Shown here: positions 30,850 to 41,920 of the stretch, in pieces
How the letters are laid out: each line of letters opens with the position of its first letter
Position numbering within the stretch: position 1 is the stretch's first letter
Position numbers and translations under genes: made by a program
From: a virus
Lineage: Duplodnaviria > Caudoviricetes
Length of the DNA: 64,000 nt
Virus record (IMG/VR): IMGVR_UViG_3300037067_019204
Span: 97,312-161,311 of that record
Strand: one strand, 5' to 3'
Notes under the pieces: model-generated
The model's database searches: none
The model's input: the letters and a program-made list of their open reading frames with translations, nothing else
Told to the model about the DNA's origin: nothing

Positions 30850-32553
30850 TTAAAGAGCTTCGTGAATTTTTCTTTCGATAAAGGCTACTACTGTTGATGT
30901 AACAATTTCCCTGTCTGCTGAAGAAAGTTCACCTGCTCTGTAAGGACGAGCAAGCCCAAGATACACAGTACGCCCGTTACCATTTTCTGAATTGGGATGA
31001 AGAATCTGTTCAAAACCGGGAATAGCCATTCCTGCTACAGACCTTCCACGTTTTCCACTGAGACCATAAATCGTAACGGAAATGGGGTTTTCTTTATTTT
31101 CTATTTTGATTTCCCGAATCCGTCTTTCAAGATCAGAACGGACATCTTCGTTCCAATCATCATGGATTTCCAAGATGAATTTAGGTGCATGTGCGGGTTT
31201 TTTGGCCTTAGAGGTTTTTATGTTCTTGGCCACTGTACGATTCCACGCTACAGCAACATTCATACTGTAATCCATAGTACGGCGAAAGTCGTTGATGTAC
31301 CCCATATAATACTGAGCTTGCTGTTCAGTGAGACCAATCTGAGTAATCAATTCTTCCTGAGTGGTCTCATTCCTGTTATCAGCAATGTTAAACTCAAAAC
31401 CACTGAGATAACGGGTAACAAGATTCTGAACAATCTTTGCCGTTACGAACAGCATTTTGGGATGTGCAAAAACTGCCGCAGGAGGAGTCCTGTATTCAAA
31501 CCCATAGGATTTGTTTTCCAGATTCCCCGGATGATTATATCCCCCCCTCGCTTTTCCTGACATTTTCATTGTGGGGATTCCAACAAAGTAATCAAGAAGT
31601 TTAATAAGTTGAGGAGTCACATTGACCCTTTTTCCAAAACCAATGTGGATGTGGCCACCTATCGGGTGATGATCACCAATTGCACTAAAGACTGCATTGG
31701 CATCCACTTCCCTAAACAGAATCGCCATGTTCTTTACAAGTTCAGCGGGAGAGTTTGCTTTGTCGGGACGAAATTCAACCTGACAACGATTCCCATCAAG
31801 GCCAACTTTTTTGTCCCTTGAAGTTGCGGAACTTCCTACTTCAATTCCTTTGTAAGGGCAAGTGGTGGAATCACGGAAAGTAAGAACATTACCTTTATGG
31901 TCAAGAAGTTCAAACTCAGGGTCAGCACCGAGGGTCACAGAAATTTTGGGCATTTTCGGTTTCACTTCTTTTTTCTTTTTCTTGTCTACAGAGGTATCCC
32001 TTCTGTGAAGAAGATTGTTCTCCACCAAATTTTCAAGAACGGATTTCAGAATACGGCAACCGGCAGACGAGTGTGTAAGATCACAAAGGACCACCGTATT
32101 AAGTTCAGGAAGAACATAACCAAGATGTTTGGTCGGCACATCCTTACGATTATACTTTATCCGTAACTCTATAATCTGTACCGGCGCATCAGAGTTCAAA
32201 GTCACATTGGACAGTGTTGACCTATCAAACAGGCTATCCCTTTGATATTCGTATGCGATTGTTTCTGATTCCTTTTCTTCCGGTGTATCCTTAAAAGAAA
32301 TAAAGTGTTTCTTTCCGTTACGAACCGGATGCGGAATTGTAAGCATGGCATACAAGTACAGCATGTTTGGCTCGATGGGAACCGGAGAGGGTGTGTTTAT
32401 CAGATGGTTTTTAATCTCACGGAAATAGGGAGTTGCCCATTCCGCACCATAGTTTTGTAGAAATTCAGGAAGATGCTCCTGAGAATCCCTTCCACCCGTA
32501 TCGGGATTTGAAAAGAATTTTTTTGATTGGTCGATGTCAAGTTTAATCTTCAT
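30850..32553 (-). CDS. phiEco32-like COOH-NH2 ligase (amidoligase)
   Basis: LGADPEFEL, VGLDG, EFRP, GGHIHIG, GFEYRTPP. Confidence 0.85.
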   Translation of the reverse strand: MKIKLDIDQSKKFFSNPDTGGRDSQEHLPEFLQNYGAEWATPYFREIKNHLINTPSPVPIEPNMLYLYAMLTIPHPVRNGKKHFISFKDTPEEKESETIAYEYQRDSLFDRSTLSNVTLNSDAPVQIIELRIKYNRKDVPTKHLGYVLPELNTVVLCDLTHSSAGCRILKSVLENLVENNLLHRRDTSVDKKKKKEVKPKMPKISVTLGADPEFELLDHKGNVLTFRDSTTCPYKGIEVGSSATSRDKKVGLDGNRCQVEFRPDKANSPAELVKNMAILFREVDANAVFSAIGDHHPIGGHIHIGFGKRVNVTPQLIKLLDYFVGIPTMKMSGKARGGYNHPGNLENKSYGFEYRTPPAAVFAHPKMLFVTAKIVQNLVTRYLSGFEFNIADNRNETTQEELITQIGLTEQQAQYYMGYINDFRRTMDYSMNVAVAWNRTVAKNIKTSKAKKPAHAPKFILEIHDDWNEDVRSDLERRIREIKIENKENPISVTIYGLSGKRGRSVAGMAIPGFEQILHPNSENGNGRTVYLGLARPYRAGELSSADREIVTSTVVAFIERKIHEAL

Positions 32554-32673
32554 TTGTTTTCTCCCTTTTTATAAATATTATAGTTATAATCTCTAGAAAG
32601 TTCATCAACTTAAAAAAATTAATTTAAAAGCTGATGAACCATGTACAGGTTATAGTTCTACAATGTGATACGA

Positions 32674-33294
32674 TTAGCTCTTTTTGCCCTTCTTCGCATC
32701 TTTTGTGACCATCTGCCGGGAGTCTTTCTTGACTACCTGCTTCGAGTCCTTTTTGACGATCTTCTTTTCCGATGCTTTCTTTACAGGCTTTTTGTTGGCT
32801 TTCTTGACATCCTGATATTCTTTCAGGTTGTCAGCTTTTTCCAGCCGGGATTTAATATCAGCAACAAGGGCATCCACCATTGCCACCGACATTGCGTTCT
32901 TTACTGAATACGGAAGACCGTAGTAAAGAGCCGACCGGGTGTTAATAGAGCCACGCTTGGGGTGATTGATCTGCTTGAAGCCATCACAATCAAACCCGGA
33001 AACGACCGCACCCCTTGAATTTTTCAGTGAGTAGAACACCACACGCACAGGGGTCTTAAGGCCGAATCTTTTAACCATATTCATGAGAACTTCCCGAACC
33101 TGTTTCGGGAGCAGGGCTTTACCATGAAACGTCGGGTAAATGGAGGCGATATTGTTCTCAACCCTCCGTATAGCCTCTACCTTATCGGACACTTTTTTGG
33201 ACAGAGAATCTTCTTTGTCCAGATTTGATGCAACCACATCAGCCAGAGATTCAAACTCTTTGCGGGTGTAGCTCATTTCAACATGTTTTACCAT
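32674..33294 (-). CDS. Stand-alone protein sharing the amidoligase C-terminal domain
   Basis: FYSLKNSRGAVVSG..CDGFKQINHP...GLPY matches the C-termini of 30850..32553 and 35832..37022. Confidence 0.7.
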   Translation of the reverse strand: MVKHVEMSYTRKEFESLADVVASNLDKEDSLSKKVSDKVEAIRRVENNIASIYPTFHGKALLPKQVREVLMNMVKRFGLKTPVRVVFYSLKNSRGAVVSGFDCDGFKQINHPKRGSINTRSALYYGLPYSVKNAMSVAMVDALVADIKSRLEKADNLKEYQDVKKANKKPVKKASEKKIVKKDSKQVVKKDSRQMVTKDAKKGKKS

Positions 33295-33350
33295 AGACAC
33301 CACCTTCCTTTTATTTAATCGGCATACGCCGTAGAACACTATATTATCTT

Positions 33351-33377
33351 TATCGTCCTATTCTCTAAAAACTTTAG
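33351..33377 (-). promoter_or_regulatory. Sigma28-type promoter
   Basis: CTAAAGTTT...GGACGATAA. Confidence 0.65.
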
Positions 33378-34969
33378 CATTTTTTTATTTAAAATCTTTT
33401 ATTTTTAATTTTTTCAATCCTGTGATTTTGAATATCTCATATGGAAAATTTGACAATTCAGCATGTTTTATCTGATCTATAAAAGTCAATATATCAGAGA
33501 ATGCCAAATGAATAACCCCACCTGCTGACCCATTTTTTTTCCCAAACATTAAAATATATTTTGGTGTGTTACTATTCTCTTTCGAAGATAAGGTTTGTTC
33601 GTCCATACTCGGTTCCTTTATTATCTATTTTTTCAAAATCCCAACAAGTAATTTCTCTACTTTTTGATACAGGAATATTAAATTGTGTTCCATGTATACA
33701 ATTATAATTTCTGCCTTTATTAGTACGAAGTGCTCTGTCAAAATTGTCGTAAACAGAAACCATTTCTTTTTCGAATAAGGTTTTATCTTCCATTGAATTT
33801 CGGCAACAAGTATAAAGCATAAGAACATACTTTCCCCGTTCAAGATTATTATTTCGAAAAATGGAATTTAATCTATCTCTAGTATTAGGTATTCTACCAA
33901 AGTTCATTTAAAATTCTTTTCCTTTTTATATCTTTTATATTTTGTTATTCCCTTATGTGACAAAAGTAATATTAAGAACATAAATCCTCCCGGCACAATA
34001 GTGGCTATCATAAGTAATGTAATTAAATTTCTATGAATTGTTTCCTTTTTCATATTTATACTTGGGCTTGTGTTGCTTTATCTATTTCTGATTCAACATA
34101 GCTTTTCAATTCATCGTAATCTTTCCCCCCAATATATATCCCTTTCCCATATTCTATAGCCCAAAATGTTTTTCGGATTACATCATCCGATGTTAATTCT
34201 GTTCGTAATGAAGCATGAAAACTTCTATTGTTAAAATCTACATCAAATATTAAAACTTCACTTTTAAGTTTAATGCTCATTGCAAGCTCCTTTTCTTTCT
34301 TCTCCAATTCTTTTTTAAAAGAATCTATAATATCCTTACTAATAGTTGGATTAGTTAAGGGATAACAATAAGCCCCTGATATACTCTTAAAAGAAACCGT
34401 ATACTCTTCTTTTATAACATCAGGTTCATTTATTCTTATTTCCCTGAGTTTAACCACAGAGTAGTTACTTACTTTATAATGGAAATCAAAGTCCAGTCGT
34501 TCTCTTTTTATAACTATTTTATCCTCTTTCATATTGATTCTCCTGAATTTTTTAAGAGGAATGAGTTTGAATAATTCCACCCCAAATGAATAGATGTAAT
34601 TATGGTATGCCTCCCCCATATAATACTTAATACCCATTTATCAAACACTTTGTGTTTATAAAAGAATACTGCTATATTAGCATCACTACTCTTACAAGGA
34701 TAAAAAGGTATTGAAACAATATAAAACCAATAGCAAGGTGAATGGTTTCCTTTTTCTCTTTTAAGAAACTTCCATTTATTCATACCTAAATCCTTACATT
34801 CTTTTTGTTGTGTTGGCATCCTCTTCCAAACTGGGATAATCTTCTGCCCAATTTGAGATATACTTTTCTTTCCTATGATAAATCTTTTTTGGATTTACTA
34901 TATGGAAATTAAAAGTGTCATATTGATAACGCTTTTTAGATGATATGGGATGTTTTTTTTCTTTTTCCA

Positions 34970-35779
34970 TTATTGTCTTACCTCTTTGTTGCAATCAAGG
35001 CAAAAATACTTATCCTTTTGTTCATTTAAATAAAGAAAAGGTTCTTTGCATTTACAAAACTTTCCTTTTTTTTTATTCTTTTTATTTTTTTTTCCAGTAT
35101 TCTCAAAAAAGAAGTCTTCCAATTCCTGTTCTGTCATTGATTCCAAATCAGGTTCTTCGTCGTCTGAATTTTTTGTTGAAGAGGAAGTGCTACCATTTGT
35201 GTCTTTTTTTTTATAGTTGTACACATAGGCAGTTCTGTATGTAGTATTACTAAAGAATACCCCCTTTTCTTCTTCAAAATGTCCATACAATATAGCTTTA
35301 TCAGCCCTCCAGAGAATAAATCTTCCCGCCATAAACTGTAATGCTTTTTCACCAAGACGAGCAATAAGCATTGCCGCCACTCGCGTGTCATTAATTTCAC
35401 CTTCCGGTACTTTCCCTGATTGGAGTGAAAGCGACATTAAGTAGCTTTCCCATCCCACAATAGTGCCATTGTGAAACAGAAGAGGTTTTTCACCCCTGTA
35501 CTTTGTCTGAATATTGCTGTTATTTTCAACAATAAAGGGGTGCGTGAGGTCGGGAGTTTTCTTTCCAGTAGAGGTCAAGCGAAAATGAACAGCATGGGGA
35601 AGAACGGTTACTTTCTGGTATGCATCCCATGCATCCTTAAGCGTCATAAGACCTTTGATATAAACATTCTGACCTTTTTCACGATATGCTATACCCACAC
35701 CATCATCATTTGCTGTCCAGCAATTTTCAAACTCAGTTCTTGTGAGTTTTCTATCCTCTGCATAACATAATATACACAC
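34970..35779 (-). CDS. Class II (Ntn) glutamine amidotransferase, paralog of 30067..30825
   Basis: MC, NDDGVG, HFRLTS, THPF, FHNG, NDTR. Confidence 0.85.
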   Translation of the reverse strand: MCILCYAEDRKLTRTEFENCWTANDDGVGIAYREKGQNVYIKGLMTLKDAWDAYQKVTVLPHAVHFRLTSTGKKTPDLTHPFIVENNSNIQTKYRGEKPLLFHNGTIVGWESYLMSLSLQSGKVPEGEINDTRVAAMLIARLGEKALQFMAGRFILWRADKAILYGHFEEEKGVFFSNTTYRTAYVYNYKKKDTNGSTSSSTKNSDDEEPDLESMTEQELEDFFFENTGKKNKKNKKKGKFCKCKEPFLYLNEQKDKYFCLDCNKEVRQ

Positions 35780-35807
35780 GATTTTTACCTCTTTGTTTTA
35801 TTATTTT

Positions 35808-35835
35808 TATCGGTTACTTTCTGGAAAAACTTTAG
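35808..35835 (-). promoter_or_regulatory. Sigma28-type promoter
   Basis: CTAAAGTTT...AACCGATAA. Confidence 0.7.
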
Positions 35836-37022
35836 CTTTTTTTTGTTTTATTTTTTATAAATTTTTCCAGTGCTGAAATCATTCCTTGTATAATAATCTT
35901 CTCGTCTTTAGCCTTTCCTGTCCTAAAGGTATAGGGAAGACCAAAACGATGGGATACATGTTTACGATTCACCGGATGTTGGATTGTTTCATACCCTTCA
36001 CATGACAACCCCGCAACCTTTTTTCCTCTTTTTTTATTGAGTCCATACAAACCCAAATGGGTTTCCATAATACCATGAGTGTCTATACTTTCCAGAGCCT
36101 TCTCAATTTTTTTCTGTATTGTTTTTGCAAACATATCTCCCTCAGAGTAATAATAAATAAACTTACTGGGCTTAAGATCAATATCATCTTTGGTTCCAGA
36201 TATTGATTTTGTCCAATTTACAACGGGATGATTTTTGCTGTAAGATGCATCTTTCCACGATGAAATAAAATTTCTCAGATACTTTATCTGTGATGCAGTA
36301 AGTTGAGCATAAGTCTTTAAGTCTTCATCTGTTGCCCCACTGCCAGTTAAGCTTAATTTAAAAGGTTTCTCTTCCAAATATCTTTTTGTGATATTCCATG
36401 CTATCTTATAAAAGATAAAAGCAATCTTCGGATTGTCCATGATGGCAGAGGGACAAGGACGATATTCAAACCCATGAGGTTGGGGACGATACCCCCCTCT
36501 GCCAGCCCCCGCCAATTCTTTATATCCACCCCTTGCTTTACCATTAAGTGGAAATGCAATCCTTCCCAAAAAGTGATTCAGGACATCAAGAAATTGTTGT
36601 GATGGGCTGGAAAGACAAGCCTTTTCTCCATTTGCATCTTTAAACCCCAAGTGGATGTGCGCTCCCACTCCCCTCTTATTACCCAATGTAGAAAGAGGAA
36701 CATCCTTTGCTTTATCGAAAAGTTTTTTGAGTTGAAACACTGCTTTCATGGGGCTATTTGCTGGAGAGGGACGAAATTCTGCAATGCCCCCAGCGTCAGA
36801 ACCTATTTTTTGGCCTGTTTGTATTTCCCTATATTTTTGGCCTGTTTGTATTTCCCTATATTTTTGGCAGTTGTGTACATCCACAACATTATCATCATAA
36901 AAATCCCTTGCTTCAAATTCAGGGTCTGCTCCTAAAGATACAATCTTGATAGGATATTTGGACCCACTATGGTCAAACATCCTTTTTATTTCCGATGCTT
37001 TTGCTTTTATTATTGTTTCCAT
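35832..37022 (-). CDS. phiEco32-like COOH-NH2 ligase (amidoligase), second copy
   Basis: LGADPEFE, IGSD, EFRP, GAHIHLG, HGFEYRP. Confidence 0.85.
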   Translation of the reverse strand: METIIKAKASEIKRMFDHSGSKYPIKIVSLGADPEFEARDFYDDNVVDVHNCQKYREIQTGQKYREIQTGQKIGSDAGGIAEFRPSPANSPMKAVFQLKKLFDKAKDVPLSTLGNKRGVGAHIHLGFKDANGEKACLSSPSQQFLDVLNHFLGRIAFPLNGKARGGYKELAGAGRGGYRPQPHGFEYRPCPSAIMDNPKIAFIFYKIAWNITKRYLEEKPFKLSLTGSGATDEDLKTYAQLTASQIKYLRNFISSWKDASYSKNHPVVNWTKSISGTKDDIDLKPSKFIYYYSEGDMFAKTIQKKIEKALESIDTHGIMETHLGLYGLNKKRGKKVAGLSCEGYETIQHPVNRKHVSHRFGLPYTFRTGKAKDEKIIIQGMISALEKFIKNKTKKS

Positions 37023-37052
37023 ACAACAATCTCCTTTTGTTTATTACTTACT

Positions 37053-37079
37053 TATCGGTAACTACTCAAAAAACTTTAA
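37053..37079 (-). promoter_or_regulatory. Sigma28-type promoter
   Basis: TAAAGTTT...TACCGATAA. Confidence 0.7.
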
Positions 37080-37312
37080 TCTTTTTTTATACTTCTAAAA
37101 ATTTTGTTACTGTCTTAAGTTCCAGAAGTTGATTTAGTTTTTCAATAGATTGTTTCTTGTCTTTTTCTAAACTATCTATCACTGATTGGTATCTATTTCG
37201 TAGCAAGACTTCATCCTCACTAGAGATACGACATGCGCACTCACGTAAGTCCTCTCTTATTAAGGATAAGAGTCTCACATTTTTTTCTATTTGTTTCTCA
37301 GCTTGTATAATT

Positions 37313-37996
37313 TCACAGTCGAGAAGTCCCATGTTGCAACCTCATTAAATATTTTGTATATCTGTTATAATACACACTTCGTTTTTCTTCACGTTTAGGA
37401 TTAATCAATCCTCTTGCCCCAACATTATATGCTATATAGTGAGCAAGAGTTTTATACTTTTTTGGTATTTTATCTTTATAAGAAGTATCTCTCAATTCAG
37501 TTTTGAATTCATGTAGTGTCACAGCCCCCGCCATAACATTTACAAGAATATCAAATCTGTCTTTTGAATACTTAAGGTTCATTGACTTTAATATTTTTCT
37601 AGCTTTAGCATATCTCTTTTTTATATAAAAAGAATTCTGCTGGGATAGACCATAATCAATACTCTTGTTTTTATTCCTTCGTTTTGGCACACAATATATA
37701 TCCATTTCTGACTCTGTTAAAATTGTAGCCAGCAGGAACTTGTGATCAATATCAGAATAGGTATCTTCTACTGCAATAAGAGCAGTAGTTAATTTATCTA
37801 TTTGTTTTTTTCGCCATTGTTTTCTAATATGAGGTTCAGCCATTTTTATAGACCGGATAACATCGTGGCGAATATTTTCCCTATAGGGATTATAAAATGA
37901 ATATAGATTACTATCAGTTATCATTATAAATATAACTGATAGTAATATAAATATAAAAATCAATTTGCGTATCATTTCATTCTCTCCTTTTTTCAA
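37313..37996 (-). CDS. Membrane-anchored lytic transglycosylase (SLT/lysozyme-like)
   Basis: N-terminal TM; ILTES, DYGLSQQN, AYNVG. Confidence 0.75.
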   Translation of the reverse strand: MKKGENEMIRKLIFIFILLSVIFIMITDSNLYSFYNPYRENIRHDVIRSIKMAEPHIRKQWRKKQIDKLTTALIAVEDTYSDIDHKFLLATILTESEMDIYCVPKRRNKNKSIDYGLSQQNSFYIKKRYAKARKILKSMNLKYSKDRFDILVNVMAGAVTLHEFKTELRDTSYKDKIPKKYKTLAHYIAYNVGARGLINPKREEKRSVYYNRYTKYLMRLQHGTSRL

Positions 37997-38219
37997 GAGG
38001 GCAAAAATTTGGGAAATTTATTGTAATTATTTTTTTATTTCCCAGTCTTCTTTCGTGCTCTATTTTGTTCTCTATTTCACACGTAATACAGCTATCAGTA
38101 TTATGACAAAAGGTATGTGTTCTTGTATTTGTGTCACCACGTTGATGCCTTAATTCTCCTCCTGTCATATAATAATGACACAAAGGTCCACATCTTTGTA
38201 AAACTATTAGTTTATTCAT
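37977..38219 (-). CDS. Small Cys-rich 'KII-CxxxC' family protein
   Basis: MNKLIVLQRCGPLCHYY...FPNFCPLE. Confidence 0.7.
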   Translation of the reverse strand: MNKLIVLQRCGPLCHYYMTGGELRHQRGDTNTRTHTFCHNTDSCITCEIENKIEHERRLGNKKIITINFPNFCPLEKRRE

Positions 38220-38938
38220 TTATTATAAAGATGTATCCATCTTAAATTATCTACTTTATCAAATCTTACAGTCAATTTTCGTGCCATACGTTGTCCTCCT
38301 TCTTGACAAGGAAGATGCACATTATGTAGTCTTGATTTAACTTTTATATCTCTCATAGCAATTTCCGATAATTTAGGATTAATATCCGGTAAAGGAAATG
38401 TATGCTCATTAAGTTTACTATTTTTTTTCATAGTTATTAATTAATAAAGTGTATGTTTTTTTTACTTACAGAATATATGTTATTATTAAAGTCACATCTT
38501 ACGAGTATTTTTATAAAAGGTTTATGCCCAAATCCTAGTACTGATTTTCTACGATCAACTTGTTCTATTCTTCCGTTATGCCAAACTGAATAATTGTGAT
38601 TATCACGTAAAAAGACACTATAAAAACGTACTCTCGCTCCTATTTTATATCTTGTTGCTGACATTATTTTTCCTTTTATTCAAAAAACCCATCTGATTTT
38701 TTTACTGTAGTTATACAACTTTCAAGAAAAGACCATCTTAAAAATTCTGGTTGAGTATCATCATTACTCATACAATGATTATTACCATATTCACAGATAC
38801 ATTGTGCTAGTTTTAAAGGAACTTCTTTACCAAGAAAATTATCCATTGCCCCAGACGAATTCCAGTCAGGAGGTCTAACTGCACCAAATTTTTCTATGCA
38901 TTCTTCTCTTGTAAGAAATCTATATCTTTCTTCTTTTT

Positions 38939-39145
38939 TCATATTGTGTGTAACTCACAAAAGAAAGGAAAATCTTGAATCTTTTTAGCACAATTAATGC
39001 AAAGATGCCCCACTTTTTTCATACACATAAAATGCTTTTCGTTTAAATGTATTCTATTATCTGGCACATTTTGTCCTGTATGTTCAAGATGAACTTTTCT
39101 AAATGGACATTTATTATTGCATCTATATAATTTAATTATTTTCAT
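38939..39145 (-). CDS. Small Cys-rich 'KII-CxxxC' family protein
   Basis: MKIIKLYRCNNKCPF...FPFFCEL. Confidence 0.7.
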   Translation of the reverse strand: MKIIKLYRCNNKCPFRKVHLEHTGQNVPDNRIHLNEKHFMCMKKVGHLCINCAKKIQDFPFFCELHTI

Positions 39146-39651
39146 ACAATATTATATTGAGGAGTGGGCTGTCTCTTTATAAAGCAACTACCGTATTAAA
39201 CCGGGATCGGCCAACAAAGAGACAGCCACCTAGAACATTCCCCAACTACTGCATATGATACCACAATATCACACCTTTCCGGTAGCTGTTAGAAGGTTGT
39301 TTTTCGGTTACTCCTGAGAATTAAATACAATTAATGGCTTGCATTAAAAACACTAATTGTACAGAACCTCCTTAATAAGAATCCTGATCTTTTAGTAAAA
39401 CTATTTCATTTGGACAAAATGTCCACGGAGTTGATATACTTCCACCACGACAAAAGTTTGGTTGTCTTACAGAACTTTCTTCTTCACAAGATAATTTAGC
39501 CACAAGACTTTGGGGTACTTCTTGCCCTAAAAAACAAGTCATAAGTTCGTTCCAACTGGGAGGAATTGGAGTACCCCATTTTCTTAAACACTCCCGTCTT
39601 GTTAAGAATCTATATCTTTTATTTGGGTTTATCTTTCTGAACATATTTATA

Positions 39652-39679
39652 TATCGGTATATTCCTTATAAAACTTTAG
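39652..39679 (-). promoter_or_regulatory. Sigma28-type promoter
   Basis: CTAAAGTTT...TACCGATAT. Confidence 0.7.
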
Positions 39680-39687
39680 CAAATTTT

Positions 39688-40836
39688 TTAGTCCTCTTCT
39701 TCTATTGACTTTAAGTTAAAAATTGGTTTCATTATAAAATGAATATCAACAGATTCCTCAATGGCATTTACAATTTGATTACTATCCTTATAAACCTCTG
39801 GAGATTCATCAAGAGTAGATTTACAAATACTTTTGCTCCATATGCCTTGCATATCCTCTTTCATTTTTTCTAATGATAATGTATTCTTTGCTTTCTTCCT
39901 GCTTAATACACGCCCCGCCCCATGAGGAGCAGAGAAGTTCCATTTTGGATTTCCTTTTCCTTCCCCGACAATAACACCATCACGCATATTTAAAGGGATA
40001 AGAACTTTTTCACCTTTATGTGCAGAGATTGCACCCTTTCTTATGATATTATCATTAAAGTTAATATAGTTATGGGCGCATTTTATAATTTCTATAGGTT
40101 GCGCATGAAAGAAATCAATAATTGTATTAGCAATACTTTTCCTGTTCAATTCAGCATAGCTTTGTGCTATCTTCATACTGTTTAAATATTCGGTTCCTCC
40201 GTAGTTTATTGGTAAAAATTCCAATCCTTTATAAATATCACCAATAAACATTTCATGCATCAGTTTTTTTGCTTTGTCCTGATAGTATTCACATATGGTC
40301 TTGCCAAAGTTTCGACTCCCCGTATGAATGGTTAACCACACATTACTATCAGGGTCTATATTCAGTTCAATAAAATGATTGCCACCACCCAAACTACCTA
40401 TACCAAGAATAACACGATTAACATCAACCCCTATCTTTTCAGCCAGACCTATGATCTGATCTTTGTAAGGTTGAGCTAATGATAGAAACTCAGAAGACGG
40501 TTTATTTCTCACATGAAAACCATCAGGTATATTAGTTCGTATATAATTTTCCAATGACTCAAAAAAAGAATCAGTCATTGATACTTTCCCAAGATTATAA
40601 GACTCAATACTGCAATGTATATCAACACCTATAACATTAGGGATAATATACTGATTTGATTGTTTGGTAAAACCAATACAAATTCCTTTGCCAGCATGAC
40701 AATCAGGCATAACAGCAATATATCCGTGTTCAAATGCAGGATGATTTAATATTGATTGTAGTTGTTCTTTCAATTCGTCTTCAATATTATCAATCATTAC
40801 ATTTGCGGTATTGTATTTGCCTTTAAAGGTAATCAT
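39688..40836 (-). CDS. rtcB: RtcB RNA ligase
   Basis: MPDCHAG, GVDIHC, LGGGNHFIE, HTGSRNFG, HNY, RKGA, SAPHGAGR, DESPEVYK. Confidence 0.93.
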   Translation of the reverse strand: MITFKGKYNTANVMIDNIEDELKEQLQSILNHPAFEHGYIAVMPDCHAGKGICIGFTKQSNQYIIPNVIGVDIHCSIESYNLGKVSMTDSFFESLENYIRTNIPDGFHVRNKPSSEFLSLAQPYKDQIIGLAEKIGVDVNRVILGIGSLGGGNHFIELNIDPDSNVWLTIHTGSRNFGKTICEYYQDKAKKLMHEMFIGDIYKGLEFLPINYGGTEYLNSMKIAQSYAELNRKSIANTIIDFFHAQPIEIIKCAHNYINFNDNIIRKGAISAHKGEKVLIPLNMRDGVIVGEGKGNPKWNFSAPHGAGRVLSRKKAKNTLSLEKMKEDMQGIWSKSICKSTLDESPEVYKDSNQIVNAIEESVDIHFIMKPIFNLKSIEEED

Positions 40837-40868
40837 TTTTTATCCTTGTTATCTTATTCATACTTACT

Positions 40869-40896
40869 TATCGGTAAGTTCTTTATAAAACTTTAG
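40869..40896 (-). promoter_or_regulatory. Sigma28-type promoter
   Basis: CTAAAGTTT...TACCGATAA. Confidence 0.7.
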
Positions 40897-41119
40897 CATT
40901 TTTTATAGTAAGAAAAGCTTTTTTACAAGGCTTTTCGTTTTTAGCTTTATCTAACCCATGAATACGATGTGTTGGGTTTTCTAACCAAAAATTACAACAT
41001 GTAGATTCATTAAAGCAAAGAGCTTCATCTGCTGTACCTTGCTGTCTATCTATACTTCCATATGGTCTAAACCGTGGGCAATTTGGCCCACACTCTTTTA
41101 TTTCTATGATCTTTGACAT
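40883..41119 (-). CDS. Small Cys-rich 'KII-CxxxC' family protein
   Basis: MSKIIEIKECGPNCPRF. Confidence 0.75.
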   Translation of the reverse strand: MSKIIEIKECGPNCPRFRPYGSIDRQQGTADEALCFNESTCCNFWLENPTHRIHGLDKAKNEKPCKKAFLTIKNAKVL

Positions 41120-41123
41120 AAAT

Positions 41124-41408
41124 TTATATTTTAAGAATAGCTATCCTTCTATAAAAACAACAGTCAATAGGAAATGAATTTTTCATTATAGCAGTTGTTT
41201 CAGAATGAGAACCACTAGAATGAGACCAGAAAGGTGAACGAGAGGGTGAACGAAATCTTTTTATCCAAAAATTATTTCCACCACCACTTATACTAGTTTC
41301 ACTAAAACAAGCAATACCTTCTGGGGAAGATTGATTTACTATGTACCCGTATGGTTTAAAAAAAGGACAAAATGGCCCACATTCTTTTATTTCTATGATC
41401 TTTGACAT
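41124..41408 (-). CDS. Small Cys-rich 'KII-CxxxC' family protein
   Basis: MSKIIEIKECGPFCPFF. Confidence 0.75.
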   Translation of the reverse strand: MSKIIEIKECGPFCPFFKPYGYIVNQSSPEGIACFSETSISGGGNNFWIKRFRSPSRSPFWSHSSGSHSETTAIMKNSFPIDCCFYRRIAILKI

Positions 41409-41878
41409 ATCTTAGTTAAACTTTGACTCCGGTGGACGAGGCAAAGACTTTGCACTTCTTTTTTTGGGATGTTGCGGCGACCCCGGTGGTAAACACGGTT
41501 TGGAAAAATATTCTTCTTTAGGTTTATGCATACATAAACCCTCAGTTAAATTTGGAAGATCAGAAAAAGGTAACGCACTTTTTTGTTTGGGTAAATAAGA
41601 TTTACGATTATCCAGTTTTCCTCCTTTTAACTTATCAGATTGTATTGGTTTAATATAATAAGCCAATGGGGGATATATTGCGTTCCCGGTTCGGCTATCA
41701 AAAGCACGACCCCCTGTTAACCAAATAATCTTATACTGTTTTCCAGTATTGACATCATACTTATATGTTGTATGAGTAATTTTTTCATAAGATGGTGTGC
41801 AAAAACCAGAATCACCAGTACAGCGTACAGTATCACCTTTTATTAGTTTTTGTAATTTCATATTACCTCTTTATATTA

Positions 41879-41920
41879 TAAAATTAATACGATTATGGAG
41901 CCATAAACGTATTAATTTTA
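41879..41920. repeat. 42 bp palindrome, copy 3
   Basis: TAAAATTAATACGATTATGG-AG-CCATAAACGTATTAATTTTA. Confidence 0.9.
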
